Shown: positions 35,152 to 43,367 of the stretch, one piece after another
Layout of the letters: each line of letters begins with the position of its first letter
How positions within the stretch are numbered: the first letter of the stretch is position 1
From: Acidobacteriota bacterium
Lineage (GTDB): Bacteria; Acidobacteriota; Terriglobia; Terriglobales; Acidobacteriaceae
Assembly: GCA_016196065.1 (NCBI GenBank)
Contig: JACPYL010000018.1
Span: forward strand, 182,185-246,184
Direction of reading: 5' to 3'
Length of the DNA stretch: 64,000 nucleotides
Program-made: the position numbers and the translations under genes
Notes under the pieces: generated by a model
Seen by the model: only the letters and a program-made list of their open reading frames with translations
What the model was told of the DNA's origin: nothing
Databases searched by the model: none

Positions 35152-36615
35152 ATGCGCTTCCTGACGTTGTGCTTGCTGGTCTTGTGGTCTTCGATCGTAT
35201 TCGCGCAGCAATATGACCTCGTTCTCGAAGGCGGCCGGGTACTCGATCCCGAAACCGGCCTCGATGCAGTCCGCAACGTCGGCATCAACAACGGGAAGAT
35301 CGCGCGCATCTCTACCGATGCCTTGCGTGGAAAACGGGTAGTCACTGCGTCCGGACTGGTCGTCGCGCCCGGCTTCATTGACCTGCATCAGCACGGCCAG
35401 GAAATTGAAAGCCAGCGCGTCAAAGCATTCGATGGGGTGACCACTGCGTTGGAACTCGAAATCGGAGTTCCGAATGTTGCAGAGTTTCTGAAAATGAAGG
35501 AAGGGAAATCACTGATCCACTACGGCAGCGCGGCCAGCCATGTGGCGGCACGGTCGCTCGTATTCGGTGCGCCTCTTTCAGGCGCTGCAACGGCTCACGC
35601 CGGCATCCCTGAAATTCTTCCCAAGAGTGGACCCGCCACCGACCAGCACGCGACGCCTGAGCAGATCGAAGCCATCAAGAAACAATTGCGCGCAGAACTC
35701 GCTGCCGGCGGATTGGCGATCGGCATGGGAATTCAATACACACCCGGCGCCACTCGACGGGAAGTGATCGAGATCTTCCGGTTCGCTGCCGCGCAGGGTG
35801 TTCCCGTCTACACGCACATGCGCAGTGCCGGGCGTGTCGAACCGGGCTCCGCGATTGAGGCCGTTGGCGAAGTGATCGGCGCGTCCGCGATCACGGGCGC
35901 CACCCTGCATATCGTGCACATCAACAGCACTTGCCAGCGCGATGCCATGGAGTGCCTGTCGATGGTGGAAGGCGCACGCGCGCGCGGCCTCGACGTGACA
36001 ACCGAGGCATATCCGTACATCCCCGGAATGACTTCCTTAAACTCGGCGCTGTTCAATCCGGGCTGGCAAGAAAAACTTGGCATCAGCTACAACGAACTCG
36101 TGCTCCCCAACACCGGCGAGCATCTGACCAAGGCGCGCTTCGACGAGCTGCACAGTTCCACGGTGACGCAGAGTGTGCTGATTTACGCCAACACACAGGA
36201 AATGGTGGACCAGATCATTCCCCACCCCATGGTCATGATCGCCAGCGATGGCGCCCAAGGTCATCCGCGAAATGCTGGAACGTTTTCGCGAATTCTCGCC
36301 CAGTATGTGCGCGAGAAGCAGACGTTGACTCTCATGGATGCGATCCGGAAGATGTCGCTGATGCCTGCTCAAGTGTTGGAGAAATCGACCCCCGCAGGGC
36401 GCGCCAAGGGACGATTGCAGGAAGGCGCCGACGCCGATATCGTCGTGTTCGACCCGAAAACGATTGCCGATCGTTCGACGTTTCAGTTGCCGATGGAGCC
36501 CAGCGTTGGCGTGCAGTACCTGGTCGTCGGAGGCACGCTTCTCATCGATCAGGGCAAATTAGCAACGAACGTCTTCCCGGGACGAGCGATTGTCGGGCCC
36601 AAATTGTCAGAGTAG
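35152..36615 (+). CDS. exported metal-dependent amidohydrolase (N-acyl-D-amino-acid deacylase-like)
   Basis: Leader MRFLTLCLLVLWSSIVFAQ. YDLVLEGGRVLDP..GLVVAPGFIDLHQHG is the metal His-x-His motif of the amidohydrolase superfamily. Confidence 0.7.
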   Translation: MRFLTLCLLVLWSSIVFAQQYDLVLEGGRVLDPETGLDAVRNVGINNGKIARISTDALRGKRVVTASGLVVAPGFIDLHQHGQEIESQRVKAFDGVTTALELEIGVPNVAEFLKMKEGKSLIHYGSAASHVAARSLVFGAPLSGAATAHAGIPEILPKSGPATDQHATPEQIEAIKKQLRAELAAGGLAIGMGIQYTPGATRREVIEIFRFAAAQGVPVYTHMRSAGRVEPGSAIEAVGEVIGASAITGATLHIVHINSTCQRDAMECLSMVEGARARGLDVTTEAYPYIPGMTSLNSALFNPGWQEKLGISYNELVLPNTGEHLTKARFDELHSSTVTQSVLIYANTQEMVDQIIPHPMVMIASDGAQGHPRNAGTFSRILAQYVREKQTLTLMDAIRKMSLMPAQVLEKSTPAGRAKGRLQEGADADIVVFDPKTIADRSTFQLPMEPSVGVQYLVVGGTLLIDQGKLATNVFPGRAIVGPKLSE

Positions 36616-36644
36616 AAATACTGTTTCGCCCACGTTTATTCCAC

Positions 36645-36670
36645 GAGAGACGCAGCAAGCGTTGTCTCTC
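36645..36670 (+). terminator. hairpin downstream of the amidohydrolase gene
   Basis: GAGAGAC (36645-36651) pairs with GTCTCTC (36664-36670) across a 12-nt loop, followed by TATTT. It is a weak intrinsic-terminator candidate. Confidence 0.35.
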
Positions 36671-36690
36671 TATTTGTTGTCTCTCTATTT
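36661..36690. repeat. perfect 15-bp tandem duplication (GTTGTCTCTCTATTT x2)
   Basis: Read directly: 36661-36675 equals 36676-36690. The first copy supplies the 3' arm of the hairpin above. Confidence 0.9.
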
Positions 36691-36739
36691 AGAGTTGGCT
36701 GGCAGACGATAGAAAATCGGTTTTGTTCGGTGCTTCAGC

Positions 36740-36768
36740 TTTACCCGCCCACGGTCCGCGGGTATAAT
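36740..36768 (+). promoter_or_regulatory. sigma70-like promoter candidate for the beta-mannosidase gene
   Basis: TATAAT at 36763-36768, with a weak -35 (TTTACC, 36740-36745) at 17-nt spacing. Confidence 0.3.
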
Positions 36769-36785
36769 CCCAGCCGCAACCATAA

Positions 36786-39470
36786 ATGTTCATGGAGTCC
36801 ATCATGGTCTCTACCCGACGTTTCGGGTTTTGTGTAATCTTCGCTTTCCTGTTCTCATTCGCCCTCCCCGTTTTTGCATTGCCACCCACCACGGTTCCCC
36901 TTCACTCCGGCTGGCGTTTCCGAGCACTGAACGACAAAAGCCATCCCGGTGTGGAGCAGTGGCACCCGGCCGAAGTGCCCGGAGTAGTGCAGATGGACCT
37001 CCTGCACAACAAGCTGATTGAGGATCCGTTTTATCGCGACAACGAAAAGTCCCTGCAATGGATCGGCCTCACGGATTGGGAGTACCAGACAGAATTCGAT
37101 GTGGATGCCGCAACGCTCGCGCGAAAACATGTTGACTTGCAATTCGCGGGACTCGACACCTACGCGGATGTCTATCTGAACGACACCGAAATCCTCAAAG
37201 CGGACAACATGTTTCGCTCTTGGCGGATTTCGGCAAAGGACAAATTGAAAGCCGGCAAGAACACGTTGCGAGTCGTCTTTCATTCTCCAATCAGGCTGAT
37301 GATGCCGAAAGTGAAGGCGATGCCCTATCGCCTGCCGACGGTAGGACAGGTTCAGATTGTCAGCGAAGAAGGGGTCGCGACCGATCCATACACTCGCAAA
37401 GCACCTTACAACTATGGATGGGACTGGGGTCCGCGCTATATCACGGAGGGGATCTGGCTCCCGGTAAAACTCATCGCATGGGACGATCTGCGGATCGATA
37501 ACTTCCATATCCGCCAGATCAAAGTCACGAAGGATGAGGCCAAACTGTCAGCGGACTTCGACATCGTCGCTACTCGCAAAGTTGATGTGACTGTTGTTGT
37601 TGAGCACCCCAGTCCAGGGAAGGGCGCTCTTTCTTCCACGCAATACAGGAGTCCTTTTCATCTGGAAGAAGGGATCAATCACATAACGCTCCCCTTTGAC
37701 ATCGCGAACCCCAGCCTGTGGTTTCCGAATGGCTACGGTTCGCAGACACTGTACAAGTTCTCCGCCACACTATTTTCGGGAACTGGACTCTCTGTTGGCA
37801 CCGGGAAGAAAGCGATGGTCGAGGACCGCGCCGAGCTACGCACGGGAATTCGCTCGCTCGAACTACGCCGCCAGCCCGACCAGTGGGGAAAGAGCTTTAC
37901 GTTTGTCGTGAATGGCATCCCGGTGTTTGCCAAAGGCGCTGACGTGATTCCCTTCGACAGCTTCATGACGCGCGTCACCCCAGCGCAACATCGCCAGATT
38001 CTGCAGTCGGCGCGCGACGCACACATGAATATGATCCGCCACTGGGGCGGAGGCTACTACGAGACCGACGACTTCTACGACATTTGCGACGAACTCGGCA
38101 TCATGGTTTGGCAGGACTTCATGTTCGGCGGCGCCATGGTTCCCGGAGACCTCGCTTTTCAGGAAAATGTCCGCGAAGAAGCGACGCAGCAGGTAAAGCG
38201 CCTCCGCGATCATCCCAGCATTTCGCTCTGGAGCGGCAACAACGAAGTGGAGACCGGCTGGCGCTATTGGGGCGACCGCGTCTATTTCAAAGAAACGTTG
38301 ACGCCGCCGCAGCGGGAGCGCGTCTGGCAAGACTACGTCGTCCTTTTCCACGACGTCATCAAGAGCGTGGTCGCAGAGAATGGTGCGCCGGTTCCCTACT
38401 GGCCGAGTTCTCCCTCCGCCAATTTTGAAGATGATCCGGGCGGCCAGCGTAACGGAGACATGCACTACTGGTCGGTGTGGCATGCGCTGGAACCAATCTC
38501 CGAGTACACACATCAGTTTCCGCGCTTCATGTCGGAATACGGTTTCCAATCATTCCCCGATATTCAAACGGTTCGTAAATTCGCCGAACCACAAGATCTC
38601 GACATCATCTCCCCGGTGATGCAGGAGCATCAGAAAAATGTCGGCGGCAACGAACGCATTCGTACCTATGTACTCCGCGAATTCCGCGAGCCCAAGGACT
38701 TCGAATCGTTCCTCTATGTCAGCCAGGTGATGCAGGCCGAGGCGATCAAAGTCGGCGCAGAGCACCTCCGGCGGCAACGTCCGCGCACGATGGGATCGCT
38801 CTACTGGCAACTGAACGACTGCTGGCCAGTCGCGTCGTGGGCGAGCATTGACTACTACGGCCGCTGGAAGGCCCTCCACTATTACGCTCGTCGCTTCTAC
38901 GATGATTTGCTGGTTTCGCCCTGGGAAGAGAACGGTACTCTGTCCGCGTACATCGTTTCCGACAAAGTACAGCCTACGGACGCCGAGTTAAGTATTCGCG
39001 TGCTTGATTTTCAGGGCAAGACCATCCTGGAGAAGAAACAGACAGTTACGGTCCCGGAGCTTTCCAGCAAGGTCTACGCATCTTTCCCTCGGCAGGAACT
39101 GCTGAAGGGCACCGATGCACAACATGCCTTTGCTGTCGTTGACTTGATACAGAGCGGGAAAGTAGTTTCACGCAACGTCGTCCTGTTCGATCACGTGCGC
39201 AATTTGGCGCTGCCCAGTGCTTCAATTCAGTCGGAAGTAACGGGCGGCAGCGGAAACTACACGCTGCGGTTGCAGTCGGCAGTCTTGGCGAAGCATGTCT
39301 ACGTGAGCTTTGGAGATCAGGACGTCGAAGTTTCCGACAATTATTTTGATCTACTCCCCAACGAGCCTATTACTCTGCAATTGAAGAGTAAGGCGGAACT
39401 AGACGAAATTAAACGATCATTAAAGGTGCGAAATATCACAGACGCGTTTACGATAGAAGCGGCCAAGTAA
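36786..39470 (+). CDS. GH2 beta-mannosidase, exported
   Basis: 894 aa with leader FGFCVIFAFLFSFALPVFA. WSGNNE (acid/base Glu) and MSEYGFQS (nucleophile Glu) sit in the expected order. The N-terminal sugar-binding domain pattern is LDTYADVYLN. Confidence 0.85.
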   Translation: MFMESIMVSTRRFGFCVIFAFLFSFALPVFALPPTTVPLHSGWRFRALNDKSHPGVEQWHPAEVPGVVQMDLLHNKLIEDPFYRDNEKSLQWIGLTDWEYQTEFDVDAATLARKHVDLQFAGLDTYADVYLNDTEILKADNMFRSWRISAKDKLKAGKNTLRVVFHSPIRLMMPKVKAMPYRLPTVGQVQIVSEEGVATDPYTRKAPYNYGWDWGPRYITEGIWLPVKLIAWDDLRIDNFHIRQIKVTKDEAKLSADFDIVATRKVDVTVVVEHPSPGKGALSSTQYRSPFHLEEGINHITLPFDIANPSLWFPNGYGSQTLYKFSATLFSGTGLSVGTGKKAMVEDRAELRTGIRSLELRRQPDQWGKSFTFVVNGIPVFAKGADVIPFDSFMTRVTPAQHRQILQSARDAHMNMIRHWGGGYYETDDFYDICDELGIMVWQDFMFGGAMVPGDLAFQENVREEATQQVKRLRDHPSISLWSGNNEVETGWRYWGDRVYFKETLTPPQRERVWQDYVVLFHDVIKSVVAENGAPVPYWPSSPSANFEDDPGGQRNGDMHYWSVWHALEPISEYTHQFPRFMSEYGFQSFPDIQTVRKFAEPQDLDIISPVMQEHQKNVGGNERIRTYVLREFREPKDFESFLYVSQVMQAEAIKVGAEHLRRQRPRTMGSLYWQLNDCWPVASWASIDYYGRWKALHYYARRFYDDLLVSPWEENGTLSAYIVSDKVQPTDAELSIRVLDFQGKTILEKKQTVTVPELSSKVYASFPRQELLKGTDAQHAFAVVDLIQSGKVVSRNVVLFDHVRNLALPSASIQSEVTGGSGNYTLRLQSAVLAKHVYVSFGDQDVEVSDNYFDLLPNEPITLQLKSKAELDEIKRSLKVRNITDAFTIEAAK

Positions 39471-39556
39471 GGCGTTCCTGCCAGGGGCGGCACAAGACTC
39501 GAACTGGAGAAAGTCGAGGTGTGGGTGTCGCAGAGGGTCTGCGGCGATTCCGGGGC

Positions 39557-40597
39557 ATGGCTAAAAGCAAGAAGTCCAGACTCAGTACACCAGGGGCAGT
39601 GACCCTGCGCGCAGTCGCGGAGCATGTCGGGTTGGCGCCCGGTACCGTCTCCGCCGTGCTGAACAACGCCCCTTCGGCGCGCTCCATTCCTGAGCACACC
39701 CGGCAGCGCATTAGGGCAGCGGCGCAGGAACTGAAATACCGTCCCAATTTTCTTGCCCGATCGTTGCGTCAAAAGCGCACTTACTCGGTGGGGCTCATCC
39801 TCGAGGAAATTGGCGACTCCTACGGATCCCTGGTCATCAGCGGTGTCGAAGCGCACCTGCGGCAGAACAACTACTTCTTTCTCACGGTAATCCATCGCCA
39901 CGATCCGGCGATGTTGCGCGACTATTCACAGCTTCTGGTGGAACGCGGAGTAGAGGGCTTCGTCACGGTCGACACCAGCTTTCAGGAAGCTCCCCCAGTG
40001 CCCACGGTCAGCGTGGCCGGGCACCGCGCCTTCCCCGGAGTGACCAACATCATCCTCGATCAGGAAAAGGGAATTCGCGTCGGCCTCGAACATCTGTATC
40101 AACTGGGACACCGCAAAATCGCGTTCATGAAAGGCCAGCCCTTCAGTTCAGATTCCGCGGATCGCTGGAAGGCAGTTTGCAAAGTGTCGCAGGACCTGGG
40201 ATTGGAAATGGACCCCCAACTCATCGTCAACCTTGAGATCGACGACCCCTCGCCGCAATTGGGCTATCCCTACGCGAAGGAGTTGCTCGCCCGCAAGAAG
40301 CCGTTTACAGCGCTCTTCGCCTACAACGATATCGCCGCGATCGGAGCGATTCGCGCCATCCAGGAAGAAGGGCTGCGCGTTCCACAGGATATCTCCGTTG
40401 TCGGATTCGACGACATTCAGTGGGCGGCCTTCAATAATCCCAGCCTCACCACGGTCCGGCAGCCACTCGTAAGAATGGGCCAGATGGCAGCCGAGACCGT
40501 CATCGGCATGATCGAAGAAAATCGTGAGCCCATCGCGGAGATCGCTGTCGAACCTACGTTGGTGATCCGCGAGTCGACCGGGCCGGCGCCGAAATAG
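39557..40597 (+). CDS. LacI-family transcriptional regulator
   Basis: ATG at 39557 is preferred over the GTG at 39521. HTH motif is VTLRAVAEHVGLAPGTVSAVLNN, followed by YRPNFLARSLR and a periplasmic-binding-fold C-terminal domain (VVGFDDI). Confidence 0.85.
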   Translation: MAKSKKSRLSTPGAVTLRAVAEHVGLAPGTVSAVLNNAPSARSIPEHTRQRIRAAAQELKYRPNFLARSLRQKRTYSVGLILEEIGDSYGSLVISGVEAHLRQNNYFFLTVIHRHDPAMLRDYSQLLVERGVEGFVTVDTSFQEAPPVPTVSVAGHRAFPGVTNIILDQEKGIRVGLEHLYQLGHRKIAFMKGQPFSSDSADRWKAVCKVSQDLGLEMDPQLIVNLEIDDPSPQLGYPYAKELLARKKPFTALFAYNDIAAIGAIRAIQEEGLRVPQDISVVGFDDIQWAAFNNPSLTTVRQPLVRMGQMAAETVIGMIEENREPIAEIAVEPTLVIRESTGPAPK

Positions 40598-40692
40598 CGT
40601 CAGCTTCCGGCTTGGTCAGGAGCTAAGGCTCATAAATCTGCACGTTGTTGAACACACTCCCCAAGTTCATACTCGCCTCCTCATTAATCAGT

Positions 40693-40715
40693 TGCCGGCC
40701 ATACCGCTGCCGGCA
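40693..40715. terminator. GC hairpin between convergent genes
   Basis: TGCCGGC (40693-40699) pairs with GCCGGCA (40709-40715) across a 9-nt loop. It directly abuts the stop of the 40716-41303 gene. No clear U-tract. Confidence 0.3.
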
Positions 40716-41303
40716 TTAGGGGACCACCATGGTGTTCAGGGTTCCAAACGGTCCCGGCGACTGGAAATCGGCAAAGCAGTCCGTGCCGTTTCCGGCGCCG
40801 CCGATCAGGTTGCATCCAGCGCCGTCACGCGCGGTGAATTCGAACTTGTATGTTCCGGACGCAATCGGGCCGACCACGACCTTGAACGAGCCCTTGCCGT
40901 TTTTGTCGGTGGTGACGACGCCGAATTCCACGGCCGCCACGCTGCCGCTGACGCCCTGACGGACGAGCGGGATGCAGTTGCCGCCATTGCTGGTCACTGG
41001 AAACTGCCCGAAGCCCGCAGGTGCGGTGTTACAGAAGATGTGAATGCCGACTTGATACAACTTGTTCGGAGTCGCGCCCACGAGGGCAAACGTGACGGTC
41101 AGTTTTTTGGCGTTCGACAGCGCCCAGGTGATGTTGCTGGAGTTGAGGTTGAGGGGCTCGCCGAAGTTGTCCCAGCCCTTCTGCCACAGTTGTTTCGTGC
41201 TGGCGGGAGCCAAGACGTCGGCGGAGTAGTCGATGGATTGCTCCGAGGCGGCGATGGTTACGAGAGCGAGCGTGAGCAACAGCAGAATGTTTCCAAGACG
41301 CAT
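40716..41303 (-). CDS. small secreted protein, unknown function
   Basis: Leader MRLGNILLLLTLALVTIAASEQ. The sequence is Gly/Thr/Asn-rich and looks beta-rich. No motif recognised. Confidence 0.55.
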   Translation of the reverse strand: MRLGNILLLLTLALVTIAASEQSIDYSADVLAPASTKQLWQKGWDNFGEPLNLNSSNITWALSNAKKLTVTFALVGATPNKLYQVGIHIFCNTAPAGFGQFPVTSNGGNCIPLVRQGVSGSVAAVEFGVVTTDKNGKGSFKVVVGPIASGTYKFEFTARDGAGCNLIGGAGNGTDCFADFQSPGPFGTLNTMVVP

Positions 41304-41348
41304 GATTTCCCCCTGGGATGCGATCGTTTTGTGTGCAGATTGAAGTTG

Positions 41349-43163
41349 TCACGGCCTGGAGCGGCCAGTCTCTTTCGCTGAAGACTTAACTCGCGGCAAG
41401 CGACTGTGATCCCAGCCCACGCTCTGTTCCGGCGTTGCCCCGAAGAGTTCGGGATGGAGATAGTGGCCACGTTCCTTTCCTTTGTCTTGTTCCACCTTGA
41501 GCGGATTCGCATTGGCGTACGCGTCGTGGCGAACACCGGTGACCTGCCAGGAAACTTTCATACCAGCGCGGCCTCCGGCGATGACGAAGTGGTTGTCAGA
41601 CAGTTCTTCCGCGATGTAGAGCGGAGCGAATCCTCCGATGGGCGTGAGCTGGTAGCGGAAGTCGCGGTTGAGAGCGGTGAACCAGTCGGGCAGGGAGACG
41701 GTAGCGGAACCGTCCGCGCCGAGGACGGCATTGCCCGTGTAGAGATTGAGCATCTCCGAGGACTCGATGGAAGTGTGGGTGAGGTACTTGTTCGCGGGAT
41801 CCAGCGGATGATCGAGGCGAAAGTTCTTCGCGCTGCCGTTGATCGATCCCGAGCAAAATAGATCACCGTTCGCTTCTATCGAACAGGAACCGCCCGACCC
41901 GTTCTGAGCAAAGAAGATTGGACCTTGCGTGTTCGCGTTAAATACCGCCATTGTGTAGACGGTGGTGCCACTGCCGATCGCTTGCACGGCGAATCCGTCG
42001 TCGACGGTTGCATAAACTGCCGTGCCGTGCAGTGCGCTGGTATCGCCCCAGACGCCGGTGCCACGGAGTGGAGGACGAATTGAGCTCGTGGCGCTGAAAC
42101 CCACACCCCGGCCGAAGACCCCAACTCCGTGGGGACTGGCGGCATAGCCAAAGACGCCAAACGTTTCCTTCGTCGCACCGAGCTGAAAACCGGTAATGGT
42201 CGTGCTCAGATCGGTGTCGGTGGCGATGCTGGCGTTGATAAGTCCCGACGCGAAGCCGCCCGCGCTGTCGCGCTTCACGATGGTGTTGCCCACGTTGCCG
42301 TTGGTCGGAGCAACCGCCCAGTTCAGGCCTAGAGTACCGGCGGTCGTGACCGGCGACCCCGTCACGGTGAAGTCGCTCACGGGGGCGCTCAGGCCAACAC
42401 TGGTTACCGTGCCGCCGCTGGTCAGGTTGGCGCAGCTCCACGCCGAGCCGCTCCACTTCAGTACTTGATTGGCCGCGCAGGCATTCGTCAGCGAGAGATT
42501 CAGCGTGCCGCTGTTACCTCCGCCGATCAGGCCGCTGCCATTTGCGGTGTTGATGCCGGTAATTCCACCGCCGCCACTGCTCGCAAACACCACGTCCAGT
42601 TCCGGGGGATGGCTCTGCGTCGTCGCCTCTTTGCTGTCAAACGTCGCATTCAGCGAGCCATTAGCCACCAGGGCGATGCCGTCGTTCGGCTGCGTTCCGT
42701 TCAGCCAGGCCTGCAGAGCCGGAGTGACGTCGATGAGGACGTAGTCCTTCACGTTCGTGCTGCTCAGCGGAATGCTGGCCGCAATCGTCGTCCCCAGCGC
42801 AGGCAGGATGTTCGCCGTGATCGTCTTTTCGTCCCAGGTGCCGTTGACGAAGTCGACGTTGAAGCTGCCTGCCGCCGGGACGGTATTCACGTAGAGCTTC
42901 AGCGTGGCCTTGGCGATGTTGCTGCCGGTGTAGCCCGAGGGAATGGAGGACAGGTCGAACTGGATGTAGGTGTTCTGCGAAGCGCTCTGCACGTCGAGCA
43001 AAGTCTTGGCGCCGAAGTTGGTGGTGGGAGTGGCCGTGTTAGTGTAGGCGTCCTGGCTTGGTGTGATCTGAGCCAAAGCAGTCAGTCCGAAGGCAACGAC
43101 GGTTGCCAAGGCACAAAGAATGCGGTTCAACAGGGTAAGGCTCGGCGCGGTTCTAGAGGGCAT
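41349..43163 (-). CDS. secreted protein: DNRLRE-like N-terminal domain + Gly-rich fibre-like repeats + conserved C-terminal domain
   Basis: The leader ends ..FGLTALAQ. The N-terminal block is SQDAYTNTATPTTNFGAKTLLDV....YIQFDLSSIP...ATLKLYV...GTWDE. A Gly/Thr/Ser-rich middle follows (GGGGITGINTANGSGLIGGGNSGTLNLS; IVKRDSAGGFASG). The C-terminal block is FRLDHPLDPANKYLTHTSIESSEM. The domain names are from memory. Confidence 0.55.
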   Translation of the reverse strand: MPSRTAPSLTLLNRILCALATVVAFGLTALAQITPSQDAYTNTATPTTNFGAKTLLDVQSASQNTYIQFDLSSIPSGYTGSNIAKATLKLYVNTVPAAGSFNVDFVNGTWDEKTITANILPALGTTIAASIPLSSTNVKDYVLIDVTPALQAWLNGTQPNDGIALVANGSLNATFDSKEATTQSHPPELDVVFASSGGGGITGINTANGSGLIGGGNSGTLNLSLTNACAANQVLKWSGSAWSCANLTSGGTVTSVGLSAPVSDFTVTGSPVTTAGTLGLNWAVAPTNGNVGNTIVKRDSAGGFASGLINASIATDTDLSTTITGFQLGATKETFGVFGYAASPHGVGVFGRGVGFSATSSIRPPLRGTGVWGDTSALHGTAVYATVDDGFAVQAIGSGTTVYTMAVFNANTQGPIFFAQNGSGGSCSIEANGDLFCSGSINGSAKNFRLDHPLDPANKYLTHTSIESSEMLNLYTGNAVLGADGSATVSLPDWFTALNRDFRYQLTPIGGFAPLYIAEELSDNHFVIAGGRAGMKVSWQVTGVRHDAYANANPLKVEQDKGKERGHYLHPELFGATPEQSVGWDHSRLPRVKSSAKETGRSRP

Positions 43164-43367
43164 GGAACGGTCTCCTGGTGTCTTGTTGGTTCAGCGCCCG
43201 GGGAAAAGGTAAGCGCTTTGGGCTCTGCGAGTTGCAGGCCCATGATCTGTGCGGATCATTTGACATTACCTGCGCCTCGGGGTCTTGAGGAATTTCTGAT
43301 TTTTGTTTGATAGAATCCTGAGCACATTTCCCCCCTCCAATAACGGCGAAAACTCGGACACCTACGG

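Noticed and set aside
36661-36690. Possible CRISPR or minisatellite
   Set aside because: There are only two directly abutting 15-bp copies, with no spacers and no cas genes. It is a simple tandem duplication.
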